This document shows positions 18,908 through 27,431 of a stretch of 64,000 bases of DNA, piece by piece; position 1 is the first letter of the stretch; every line of letters starts with the position of its first letter. Made by a program: the position numbers and the translations under genes. A model generated the notes under the pieces. It did not search any database and was not told where the DNA came from. It worked only from the letters and a program-made list of their open reading frames with translations. The stretch is from assembly GCA_014729145.1 (NCBI GenBank), contig WJKL01000016.1, positions 225 to 64,224 of the forward strand, in the 5' to 3' direction. The stretch comes from Candidatus Woesearchaeota archaeon (GTDB lineage: Archaea > Nanobdellota > Nanobdellia > Woesearchaeales > WJKL01).

Positions 18908-19420
18908 CTATCTTTTTGCTTTTTTCAGGTCATCTTTTATCTCTTTTATCTCAGTTTTGATCTTTTGGATCTCTTCAGAATTATCTTCTTGTTCAGCTAA
19001 TTCACCACATTCAGGACATTTGAACTCAAAATCCATAGCTTGATCAAAGTCGAGCCTTATACATTTTGATTTACATGTGTAGAATTTGTTTGATTTTTCT
19101 CTTTCTAGCCTGTCCTGGAGTTTTTCAAGTCTTTTTTTCTTAAGGTTCAGAATAAGGTGTTTAACATTTTTCCTGTCAAATGTCCAGTAATAGATATACC
19201 ATCCCTTTTTTTTGTCTTTTTTTCTGACAAAAGAAACAAGATTGACATCGTAAAGCCTGTAAAGCATGTTTCTTGTAGTATTGACTTCTTCATCAATGGT
19301 TTCAGCAAGCTTAAACTCAGAAACATTTTTCTTGTTTTTTAGAGCTTTGATCAAGGGAAGGACATCTTCTCCTGCTACTTTTGTCACTACATTTTCTATT
19401 AATTTATTTGTTAATCTCAT
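18908..19420 (-). CDS. tfe: Transcription factor E alpha (TFE, TFIIE-alpha homolog)
   Basis: 170 aa. N-terminal winged helix. Zinc ribbon CKSKCIRLDFDQAMDFEFKCPECG. Confidence 0.75.
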   Translation of the reverse strand: MRLTNKLIENVVTKVAGEDVLPLIKALKNKKNVSEFKLAETIDEEVNTTRNMLYRLYDVNLVSFVRKKDKKKGWYIYYWTFDRKNVKHLILNLKKKRLEKLQDRLEREKSNKFYTCKSKCIRLDFDQAMDFEFKCPECGELAEQEDNSEEIQKIKTEIKEIKDDLKKAKR

Positions 19421-19639
19421 ATTAATATTTAAAAGTGTATATACTTATCAGTGAATAAGGTTTAAAAAACTTTGTATTTTTAATAAAGGATATAATATTT
19501 TAAAGTGTGTTAAACCTTGTTTTTGACGCTTAACATGCTTCTTAAGGGCCGAATAGCATTTTATTTTTTATTTAAGTATTTAAAAAGGTTTATTTATTAT
19601 TAAAAAGATTAAAAAGAGTTTTATTTTTAATTTAAAGAA

Positions 19640-20032
19640 TTATCTGGTTTCTATAAGGTCAGAGAAAGCCAAACCCTTTCTTTCTGCAATATCTAATGAG
19701 ATTGAATAATTTGCCTCTGTTTCTTTTAAATCCTCTAGACTAAGAAAAAACCATCCTTTTCTGTTGAATTTTATAGCAATCCAAGATTCTGCACCAAATC
19801 TTTCTGAAAATTCCTTTAATTCTGATATTTCTTTTGAAGAGAAATGTCTATAGCTGCTTTTGGATATTTTTGTTTCGATTGCGAGTTTTCTTAAGTTGTT
19901 TGATGCAAGGATATCTGGAGAAGGATATTTTTGGGAACCAGAACCAGCCACTCTTACAGCTGTCCATTCATTTTTCCAAAAAAGGTGGATAAGCTCACGT
20001 TCTGCATTAATTCCTTTTGATTTATATGACAT
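19640..20032 (-). CDS. hjc: Holliday junction resolvase Hjc
   Basis: 130 aa. Hjc motifs GINAERELIHLFWKNEWTAVRVAGSG, PDILAS and IETK (PD-(D/E)xK). Confidence 0.8.
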   Translation of the reverse strand: MSYKSKGINAERELIHLFWKNEWTAVRVAGSGSQKYPSPDILASNNLRKLAIETKISKSSYRHFSSKEISELKEFSERFGAESWIAIKFNRKGWFFLSLEDLKETEANYSISLDIAERKGLAFSDLIETR

Positions 20033-20094
20033 ATACTAAACAAAGAAGAAATTGTTTATATAGTTTTGGGAAGCATAAATTATAGTTTAAATCC

Positions 20095-20982
20095 TCAAAT
20101 TTTAATCCTCATAAAGTCTTTTGCTGCAATTACATCATCAAAAACATTTCTTGCATCTTCTTCAAGCTCATGTGTGTCTTTATATCTTGTTGAAAAATGA
20201 GTCAAGACCAATTTTTTGGCGTTTGCCTGGTTTGCAATCATACCAGCATGTTTTGAAGTCATATGCCTGTATTCCTCAGCTTTGTCTTCCAGTTTGCTGG
20301 AGTATGTTGATTCACATATCAAGATATCAGCATCTTGGGCAAGTTTTAATGAATTTTTTGAAGGAACCGAATCAGCAAGATAGCAGATTATCTTCCCTTT
20401 AACCAAGTATGTGGCATCTTTTGGAAATATTTTTTTTCCTTGGTGGGTTACGGTTTTTCCATCCTGCAGTTTTCCAAGAATAGGACCTTCTGAAATTCCA
20501 AGTTTTTTTACTGCTTTTAGATCGATTTTTCTTTTGTCTTTTTCAACAAACCTATAGCCGTTTGTGGGAATGGCATGTGAAATCTTTTCAGCCTGCAACA
20601 AATATCTTTCATTTGAATAAAATATCCCTTTTACTTCATGATATTCAACCTTTGTCCTTTCTTCAAATACAGTTGATTTTATCATATGCTCAAAATATTT
20701 TTTTGTGTTTTTCGGTCCATATATCTTTAAGGTTTTGTCGTATTCTGACATTCCAAGGGTCTGGATTAATCCAGGAAGTCCGAGAACATGATCACCATGC
20801 CAATGAGATATTAAAATTTTTGATATTTTTGAAGGCTTTATACCTGCTATGGTAAGCTGTCTTTGGGTGCCTTCTCCACAGTCAAATAATATTCCTTCAG
20901 AGCCGTAGCTAAGAAAAAAAGAAGAATGGTTTCTTTCTTTTGTAGGTTTTGCACACGATGTCCCCAAAAATGTAATTTTCAT
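20095..20982 (-). CDS. rnz: Ribonuclease Z (tRNA 3' endonuclease)
   Basis: 295 aa metallo-beta-lactamase fold. HWHGDH motif. N-terminal ITFLGTS...FDCGEGTQRQ. Confidence 0.8.
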   Translation of the reverse strand: MKITFLGTSCAKPTKERNHSSFFLSYGSEGILFDCGEGTQRQLTIAGIKPSKISKILISHWHGDHVLGLPGLIQTLGMSEYDKTLKIYGPKNTKKYFEHMIKSTVFEERTKVEYHEVKGIFYSNERYLLQAEKISHAIPTNGYRFVEKDKRKIDLKAVKKLGISEGPILGKLQDGKTVTHQGKKIFPKDATYLVKGKIICYLADSVPSKNSLKLAQDADILICESTYSSKLEDKAEEYRHMTSKHAGMIANQANAKKLVLTHFSTRYKDTHELEEDARNVFDDVIAAKDFMRIKI

Positions 20983-21060
20983 TATATTTAAAATAGAATT
21001 AATATATATAAAGGTTAGTATTCATCAACTTTTTATAGTTAATTCACATTATATGTCAAT

Positions 21061-21336
21061 ATGGCACTATTAGAAGCTTTTTTGAAAAAAACAACAAAGT
21101 GCAAAAAACACAATATAAATCTCGAGTCAATTGCAGTGACAATCACAATTAAAGGAGATAAAAATAAAGTAAAGTATGGGACCAATATAGAATACTGCAG
21201 AAAATGCTATCCTGATAAAAACACAAAAACTTTTGATGAATATATGAAGCAAATAGCTGTTGGTTATATGGGTTTTTGGAATATAGAAGCTGACCCTATA
21301 GACCTTAATATAGAGATCTACGATGGAATTCTGTAA
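21061..21336 (+). CDS. Hypothetical small protein
   Basis: 91 aa ORF with promoter-like AT-rich upstream region. No recognisable motifs. Confidence 0.3.
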   Translation: MALLEAFLKKTTKCKKHNINLESIAVTITIKGDKNKVKYGTNIEYCRKCYPDKNTKTFDEYMKQIAVGYMGFWNIEADPIDLNIEIYDGIL

Positions 21337-21426
21337 GATTTTAAAGTTCAAGTAAATTAATTTTATGATATCTAAGAGTATGTCTTAATAGTAAGTTTTT
21401 TAAGGAGAATGGTCTTTTGATAGTTT

Positions 21427-22005
21427 ATGGCCAAGAAAACAAAGAAATCCAAGAAAAAAGAAAAGTCTACAAAGAGAAGAAAAAAGATCAAGGCTATTTT
21501 TTCCAGAGAAAGGATAGTAACAGAAGATAGTGGAGAGGCAAAAGAATTATACAACCAGAGCAGATATGGAAAACTGCTGGAAAGCGGAAAATTACAACTT
21601 TCTCTTTTAGAAGGACTTTATCTGCTTGAGAAGGGAAGACTGAAAATAGTTGATGGAAGAGGGAAGAAACTCGATTTTGACAGTTATTTGGGGAAAGCAA
21701 AAAGAAAAGAAAAGAATTTTTGGATAAGGTATGTTGTCTTTAAGGACATAAGAGAAAGAGGATATATAATCAAAACCGCTTTGAAGTTTGGTGCAGATTT
21801 CAGGGTCTATAACAGGGGTGTAAAACCTGGAGAAGATCATGCAAGATGGGTTGTTTATCCTGTTCATGAGACTACTTCTTTAACATGGCATGAGTTTTCA
21901 GCAAAGAATAGGGTTGCCCATTCTACAAGAAAGAAACTTATGATAGGTGTTGTTGATGATGAAGGCGACGTTACTTATTATGAGATAAAGTGGATAAGAC
22001 CCTAA
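21427..22005 (+). CDS. endA: tRNA-splicing endonuclease (EndA)
   Basis: 192 aa. Conserved C-terminal catalytic block (FGADFRVYNRG...HARWVVYPV...TWHEFSAKNRVAHSTRKKLMIGVVD). Confidence 0.8.
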   Translation: MAKKTKKSKKKEKSTKRRKKIKAIFSRERIVTEDSGEAKELYNQSRYGKLLESGKLQLSLLEGLYLLEKGRLKIVDGRGKKLDFDSYLGKAKRKEKNFWIRYVVFKDIRERGYIIKTALKFGADFRVYNRGVKPGEDHARWVVYPVHETTSLTWHEFSAKNRVAHSTRKKLMIGVVDDEGDVTYYEIKWIRP

Positions 22006-22041
22006 TATAAAAATATATAAATAACAGATTTCTTATTAGAA

Positions 22042-23193
22042 TTGATGGTTTCCCAAGACGAAATAGTAAATGTGATCAGACATAAAGGACCTTTGCTTCC
22101 ATCCACATTGGCCAAAGAGATCGGAACAAATATTTTGATAGCTTCTGCGCATTTATCTGACTTAGTGGACAAGAAAAAGGTTTTTGTCTCAAATACAAAA
22201 GTAGGGGGAAGCCCTGTTTATTATATTGAGGGCCAAAAATCAAAGCTGCAGGATTTTGCATCCAACTTGAATGAAAAAGATCAAGAAACATTAGAATTTC
22301 TAAAAAAAAATAAAGTTTTAAGGGATGATAAGCTAGACCAACTAAAAAGAGTTTCTTTGAGGAATATAAAAGATTTTGCAGTTCCTCTGCAGGTTACCAA
22401 AGGGAATGAGAAAATATTGTTTTGGAAATGGTTTTTGATATCAAATCAAGAGGCAGAATCTTTGATCAAACAAAAACTGGAATCATCTCCAGTAACAGCG
22501 AAAAAAACAGAGGAACCCAAACAACAAGATATTAGAAAAGAAAATCAAAAATCAACAGAAGAGAATAAAAAGAGTATAGAAGAAGAGAAAAAAAGAGCAG
22601 AAGAAGAGAGAAAAAAATCAGAAGAAAGAAAAGCACTCGAAGACCAGAAAAAGAAAGAAGAGGAAAAGAAAAAGGCAGAGCAGAAAAAAAAGATACAAGA
22701 AGAAAGAGAAAGAGAAAAGAAAAAATTAGAACAGGAAAAGAAGAAGATAGAGGAAGAAAGAAAAAAGATACAAGAAGAAAGAGAAAAATTACAGGAAGAG
22801 ATAAAAAAGGAAAGGCAAAGCTTATTAAAAGAGATCCAAAACAAAGATAAGGAAGGGAAAGACAAACAAAAAAAGATTGATGACCCTTTTTTAAAACAAA
22901 TAATTGAATATTTAGACAATAAAAAAATACATCTGAATGAGTATAATATAATAAGAAAGAAATCAGAGATTGATTTGGTGTTGAAGATACCTTCTGTGAT
23001 AGGGGACCTGGATTATTACTGTAAGGCAAAGAAAAAGATGAGGGTAAGCGATTCAGATCTAAGTTCAGCGATAGTAAAAGGACAGTCAAAGAAACTTCCA
23101 ATAATATTTTTAACTACAGGAAAGTTGAACAGAAAAGCAAAGAAACTGATGAATTCAGAATTCAAAGGAAGCATAGTCATCAAAAAGATATAG
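22042..23193 (+). CDS. Novel multidomain protein: two N-terminal winged-helix-like domains, a roughly 100-aa Lys/Glu-rich coiled coil, and a C-terminal Mrr-like PD-(D/E)xK nuclease domain
   Basis: N-terminal wH-like segments. Central EEKKRAEEERKK...repeats. C-terminal EIDLVLKIP...YYCKAKKK...IIFLTTGKLNRKAKKL matches the Mrr_cat pattern (D-x-D/E-L-V ... Q/YxK ... TTg.f...A). Confidence 0.45.
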   Translation: MMVSQDEIVNVIRHKGPLLPSTLAKEIGTNILIASAHLSDLVDKKKVFVSNTKVGGSPVYYIEGQKSKLQDFASNLNEKDQETLEFLKKNKVLRDDKLDQLKRVSLRNIKDFAVPLQVTKGNEKILFWKWFLISNQEAESLIKQKLESSPVTAKKTEEPKQQDIRKENQKSTEENKKSIEEEKKRAEEERKKSEERKALEDQKKKEEEKKKAEQKKKIQEEREREKKKLEQEKKKIEEERKKIQEEREKLQEEIKKERQSLLKEIQNKDKEGKDKQKKIDDPFLKQIIEYLDNKKIHLNEYNIIRKKSEIDLVLKIPSVIGDLDYYCKAKKKMRVSDSDLSSAIVKGQSKKLPIIFLTTGKLNRKAKKLMNSEFKGSIVIKKI

Positions 23194-23215
23194 GTGTTAT
23201 TTTACTTATATAAAA

Positions 23216-24241
23216 ATGGGAACAAATCTTAAAAATCTTTTAATCATGGATGAGATATCCAGGAAAGCTCTCCAGGATAAAAAATTAGCAGTGGACAGTT
23301 TTAATGTTCTTTACCAATTCTTGAGTACAATCAGACAGAGAGACGGCAGTTTATTGAAAGATTCAAACGGGAACGTAACATCCCACCTAATAGGGCTTTT
23401 CAGCAGAACAACAAGGTTCATGAGAGATGGGCTGCAGCTCGCTTTTGTTTTTGATGGAGAACCTCCAGAATTAAAACAGAAGGAAAGGCAAAGGAGGGGC
23501 GAGATAAAGAAAAGGGCAAAGGCAAGTTACGAAAAAGCAGCAGAGAAAAAAGATATTAAAGCGATGAAGAAATATGCTTCCAGGACTTCAAAATTAACAG
23601 GAGAGATGATTGAAGAAAGCAAAGAGCTGGTCAGTGCTTTAGGTCTGCCAGTAATACAGGCGCCAAGTGAAGGAGAGGCACAGATGGCGTATATTGTAAA
23701 CAAAGAAAACCTATATGCAGGAATAAGTGAAGATTATGACAGCCTGTTGTACGGCATTCCAAGGCTGGTGAAAAATCTTACTATAAGCAGGAGAAGAAAA
23801 GTGGGAGCCAGTTATACAACAGTAAAACCAAAGGTTGTGGGAATCTCAAAAAATCTGAATGAGCTGGGTATCGATCAAGAGCAGCTGATAGTACTCGCTA
23901 TATTGGTTGGGACCGATTATAATATAGGTGGTGTGAAGGGTATAGGACCTAAGACAGCATTAAAGCTAGTAAAAGAGAATGACCATGATTTTGATAGGAT
24001 ATTCAAAGAAGCAAAATGGAAGGAACACTTTGATATTGACTGGGAAGAGATATATTATCTCATCAAAAAGATGCCGGTGAATAAAGATTATAACTTAAAA
24101 TGGGAAAGGATAAACAAAGAGAAGATATATAAATTATTAATAGATAAACATGATTTTGCAGAAGAGAGAGTAGAGAAAACAATGAAGGCGCTTGATAAGA
24201 TAGACCAAAAAAAATCACAGAAATCTTTGGCAGATTTCTGA
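23216..24241 (+). CDS. fen: Flap endonuclease FEN-1
   Basis: 341 aa. XPG-N and XPG-I domains (LAVDSFNVLYQFLSTIR..., GIPRLVKNL) and H3TH (GIGPKTALKLV). Confidence 0.9.
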   Translation: MGTNLKNLLIMDEISRKALQDKKLAVDSFNVLYQFLSTIRQRDGSLLKDSNGNVTSHLIGLFSRTTRFMRDGLQLAFVFDGEPPELKQKERQRRGEIKKRAKASYEKAAEKKDIKAMKKYASRTSKLTGEMIEESKELVSALGLPVIQAPSEGEAQMAYIVNKENLYAGISEDYDSLLYGIPRLVKNLTISRRRKVGASYTTVKPKVVGISKNLNELGIDQEQLIVLAILVGTDYNIGGVKGIGPKTALKLVKENDHDFDRIFKEAKWKEHFDIDWEEIYYLIKKMPVNKDYNLKWERINKEKIYKLLIDKHDFAEERVEKTMKALDKIDQKKSQKSLADF

Positions 24242-24272
24242 TTATAGTATTTCAATTAAAATTTAAAAAGAG

Positions 24273-25151
24273 GTGGATGATTTGGTTCAATGGTGGGTTT
24301 ATGCAGTAGGATCAGCATTATTTTCTACAGCATTTTCTTTGAGCAGGAAAAGAGCTTTGTTGAAGATGCATTCCATGAACTTGGAAAGCACAAGAACATT
24401 GGCAATAGCTTTCTTTTGTATTTTTTTGATCCCTTTTATCAATCTTAACATAGAGCCTGGGGTCTTCTTTTTGATATATGGAACTTCAGTTTTGAGCACA
24501 ATAGGGATATTGTTTGCATCAAAAGCATTAAGACACGAGGCAGTCTCCTTGATAGCCCCTCTTAGTAATTTAAGGCCTGGAATAGTCGCTGTTTTGGCAT
24601 TTTTATTTTTAGGAGAGATATTGAATACAAGAAAGATAATCGGAATTGGTGTATTGGTGCTGGCAGCTTATCTGCTGGAGTCAGATCATCATTTTTCTGA
24701 TTTTATAGCTCCAATAAAACACTTGATGAGAGATAAGTACAGCAAATTCTTTCTTTTTGCGATTGGGCTGTTTGGGGCCTTGTCAGTGCTTAATAAATAT
24801 CTTGTTTCTAATTATGTAGATATATTTACTCTTTATTTTTTAACCTGGATATTTATCGCGATTAATTTTAATCTAGCTCATTCGTGGAGATATGGTTTTA
24901 AGGATACGATTAACTGTTTTAAAGAACTGAGTTATCTTCCGATATTGATAGGAGGGCTTTCAATGATCATGAATCTTTTATATCTTAAAGCCATATCCAT
25001 CACTTATGTTTCTTTAGTCTCCCCCATAGTTATGCTTTCTACCTTATTTATTGTTTTTATAGGGGGGAATTTTTTCCACGAAAAGTATATATATTTTAGA
25101 TTTTTTGTATCTATACTGATGATAGCAGGAGCTTATTTAATAATAATATGA
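24273..25151 (+). CDS. EamA/DMT-superfamily membrane transporter
   Basis: 292 aa, about 10 TM helices, two EamA-like repeats. Confidence 0.55.
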   Translation: MDDLVQWWVYAVGSALFSTAFSLSRKRALLKMHSMNLESTRTLAIAFFCIFLIPFINLNIEPGVFFLIYGTSVLSTIGILFASKALRHEAVSLIAPLSNLRPGIVAVLAFLFLGEILNTRKIIGIGVLVLAAYLLESDHHFSDFIAPIKHLMRDKYSKFFLFAIGLFGALSVLNKYLVSNYVDIFTLYFLTWIFIAINFNLAHSWRYGFKDTINCFKELSYLPILIGGLSMIMNLLYLKAISITYVSLVSPIVMLSTLFIVFIGGNFFHEKYIYFRFFVSILMIAGAYLIII

Positions 25152-25993
25152 AAAAGAAAAAGCCCACCAGTCTAAAGCAGGCACTCAAAAAGAAATTAAA
25201 CAAAAAAGAGCTTTCTTTAGTTGTTACAAGCTATGATATGGTAGGAGATATAGCTATAATTGAAATTCCTATAGAACTCGAAAAAAAAGAGAAAATCATT
25301 GCAAAGACATTATTAGATCTGCACAAGAATATAAATGTAGTCGTGAAAAAAGCAGGGGTACACAAAGGAGTATATAGAACCCAAAATATGTTTATTTTGG
25401 CTGGAGAGGACAGAAAAGAAACTGTGCACAGAGAAAACAATATCGAAATTAAGCTTGATATTGAAAAGGTTTATTTTTCAGTAAGGTTAAGCACAGAAAG
25501 AAAGAGAATAATGGAGCAGGTAAAAAAAGATGAGGAAGTGCTAGTTATGTTTTCAGGAGTTTCACCTTATTGCCTTGTCATTGCCAAAAATACAGACGCA
25601 AAAAGGGTTTATGGCGTAGAGATAAACCCTGCTGCACATAAATATGCAGAAGAAAACGTAAAATTGAATAAATTAGATGGAAAGATTAAACTGTACAATG
25701 GTGATGTAAGGATGGTTGTGCCAAGGTTGAGGAAGAAGTTTGATAGGGTTTTGATGCCTCTACCTAAGGAAGGAGAGGGTTTTTTAGATGTTGCATTGAA
25801 AGCAGTAAAAGAAGAAGGAAGAATCCATTTCTATGATTTTGAACACGAGAAAGATATAAATCTTGCAAAGGAGAAAGTAAAGGAATCCTGTAGGAAATTC
25901 AAGAAGAAATGCAGGATATTAAGGACGGTAAAATGCGGGCAGGTAGGGCCAAGAGAGTACAGATTATGTGTGGATTTTAAGGTTATTTCTTGA
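25148..25993 (+). CDS. tRNA (m1G37) methyltransferase Trm5/TYW2-like class I SAM methyltransferase
   Basis: 281 aa. SAM-binding motif region VLVMFSGVSPYCLVIA...VYGVEINPAAHKYAEENV...NGDVR. Start overlaps the upstream stop. Confidence 0.65.
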   Translation: MKKKKPTSLKQALKKKLNKKELSLVVTSYDMVGDIAIIEIPIELEKKEKIIAKTLLDLHKNINVVVKKAGVHKGVYRTQNMFILAGEDRKETVHRENNIEIKLDIEKVYFSVRLSTERKRIMEQVKKDEEVLVMFSGVSPYCLVIAKNTDAKRVYGVEINPAAHKYAEENVKLNKLDGKIKLYNGDVRMVVPRLRKKFDRVLMPLPKEGEGFLDVALKAVKEEGRIHFYDFEHEKDINLAKEKVKESCRKFKKKCRILRTVKCGQVGPREYRLCVDFKVIS

Positions 25994-26056
25994 TTACATA
26001 AGTTTTATAAGGATATATATTTTAATATCATCAAAGGAAAACCTTTGGAAGTGCAA

Positions 26057-26124
26057 CAGTGCAATGATCCATGTGAACACCGACTGACGAAAGGATGATG
26101 AACGGAAGTAACTGGGTAGCACTG
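26057..26124 (+). ncRNA. Candidate C/D box sRNA (68 nt) in a GC-rich island between trm5 and pan
   Basis: Terminal stem CAGTGC/GCACTG. Box-like elements in order: aaTGATcc (degenerate C), CTGA (D'), GATGATGA (perfect C'), CTGg (degenerate D). Spacers of 13 and 10 nt suit guide regions. Local GC is much higher than flanks. Confidence 0.3.
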
Positions 26125-26164
26125 CACAAATTCAATTTTTATATAGAAAACGATATGAATAAAT

Positions 26165-27298
26165 CTAACCAAACATTCTTTTATGCTCTTCTGACCCTTC
26201 TTCTTGTCTTACTTTTGCAATAGCTTTATAGAAATCTTGTTTGTTGATGGAGGTTCTGTTTTCTCTTATAGCAAAATAACCTGCTTCTGTACATACAGAT
26301 TTTATCTCAGCTCCTGAGAAATTTTCCATCCTTTTGATTATATCTTTGTAAGGAAGGCCTTTTTCTAAGGTCATATCTTTTGAATGTATCTTAAATATCT
26401 CTTTCCTGGATTTTTCATCAGGCAGACCGCAATGGATCAATCTATCCAGTCTTCCTGGTCTGGTCACTGCAGGATCAAGTATGTCTTTGCGGTTTGTCGC
26501 TCCTATTATCTTTACATTGTCAAGAGGTTTGAAGCCGTCGATCTCAGCCAATAACTGCATAAATGTCCTCTGCACCTCTCTTTCACCTGAAGTACCTACC
26601 TCTATCCGTTTAGACGCCAAAGCATCTATCTCATCGATGAAAACAACCGCAGGAGCTTTTTCTCTTGCCAGCTGGAAAACTTCTTTGACAAGTTTTGCTC
26701 CTTCTCCTATGAATTTCTGGACAAGTTCAGAAGCCACTATCTCGATGAATGTAGAATCTGTTGAAGCAGCCACAGCTTTTGCCAGTAAAGTTTTACCTGT
26801 TCCAGGCGGCCCATGAAGAAGTATGCCTTTTGGTGGTTTGATACCCACTTTCTTAAATAACTCTGGTTTTTGAAGAGGAAGCTCTACTACTTCCTTAATA
26901 TCTAATGTTTGGTCTTTCAACCCACCAATATCTTTCCAGTTTATTGTAGGCTTTTCAATTATAACAAATGATTCAACAGAGAATTTTTTCGATTTCGGTA
27001 TTTTTTTAATGATCGCCAGGCTTTTTTGGTCAACTAAGACAGAATCTCCTGGCTTTAATCTCTCTTTTGATGTATTTTCAACATAGAATTGGTTTCCATT
27101 TGGAATCTGAATAATGGCTTTTTTTTCAATTATGTCTTTAACTGTGCAGATCATCAAAGGTGTTTTTTTGAAGCTGTCCAGCTCTTCCTTCAGTTTTTTT
27201 ATTGTTTCTTTTAATATCTTATTTTCTTCTTCTAATTCATTAGAACTTGTAGTATAAGAGTAGATAACTTTTTCCATCTCTTTGTCTTTTGCAGTCAT
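26165..27298 (-). CDS. pan: Proteasome-activating nucleotidase PAN (AAA+ ATPase)
   Basis: 377 aa. N-terminal coiled coil. Walker A GPPGTGKT, Walker B VVFIDEID, second region of homology. Confidence 0.85.
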   Translation of the reverse strand: MTAKDKEMEKVIYSYTTSSNELEEENKILKETIKKLKEELDSFKKTPLMICTVKDIIEKKAIIQIPNGNQFYVENTSKERLKPGDSVLVDQKSLAIIKKIPKSKKFSVESFVIIEKPTINWKDIGGLKDQTLDIKEVVELPLQKPELFKKVGIKPPKGILLHGPPGTGKTLLAKAVAASTDSTFIEIVASELVQKFIGEGAKLVKEVFQLAREKAPAVVFIDEIDALASKRIEVGTSGEREVQRTFMQLLAEIDGFKPLDNVKIIGATNRKDILDPAVTRPGRLDRLIHCGLPDEKSRKEIFKIHSKDMTLEKGLPYKDIIKRMENFSGAEIKSVCTEAGYFAIRENRTSINKQDFYKAIAKVRQEEGSEEHKRMFG

Positions 27299-27353
27299 AC
27301 TTTGATTCAGGTTCGGATGGTATATAAAGGTTATTGTTCTTTATGATCTTTAT

Positions 27354-27381
27354 ATCTGTGCTCAAACATCTGTGCTCAAAA
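27354..27381. repeat. Tandem direct repeat, 2 x 14 nt (ATCTGTGCTCAAAC / ATCTGTGCTCAAAA), in the divergent pan / aminopeptidase promoter region
   Basis: Read directly from the sequence. Candidate transcription-factor site. Confidence 0.5.
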
Positions 27382-27431
27382 GAAATTTTTTAAATAAAAA
27401 AGTTTAAATAGGTAAAGGTTTAGTTAAATTT

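Noticed and set aside
22500-22900. Purine-rich (GAA/AAG)n tract considered as a microsatellite
   Set aside because: It is in-frame coding sequence for the charged coiled coil of ORF 22042-23193. The periodicity is that of codons, not a pure simple repeat.
22532-23101. 189-aa and 124-aa antisense ORFs (F/L/S-rich) opposite the Lys/Glu-rich coiled-coil coding region
   Set aside because: Reverse complement of a GAA/AAG-rich coding repeat always yields long F/L/S ORFs. The sense strand encodes a coherent multidomain protein.
25994-26164. GC-rich island considered as a tRNA gene
   Set aside because: No cloverleaf could be folded by eye. There is no T-loop GTTCRANNC or anticodon-stem arrangement. 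The box-like motifs fit a C/D sRNA better, so it is reported as a low-confidence ncRNA instead.
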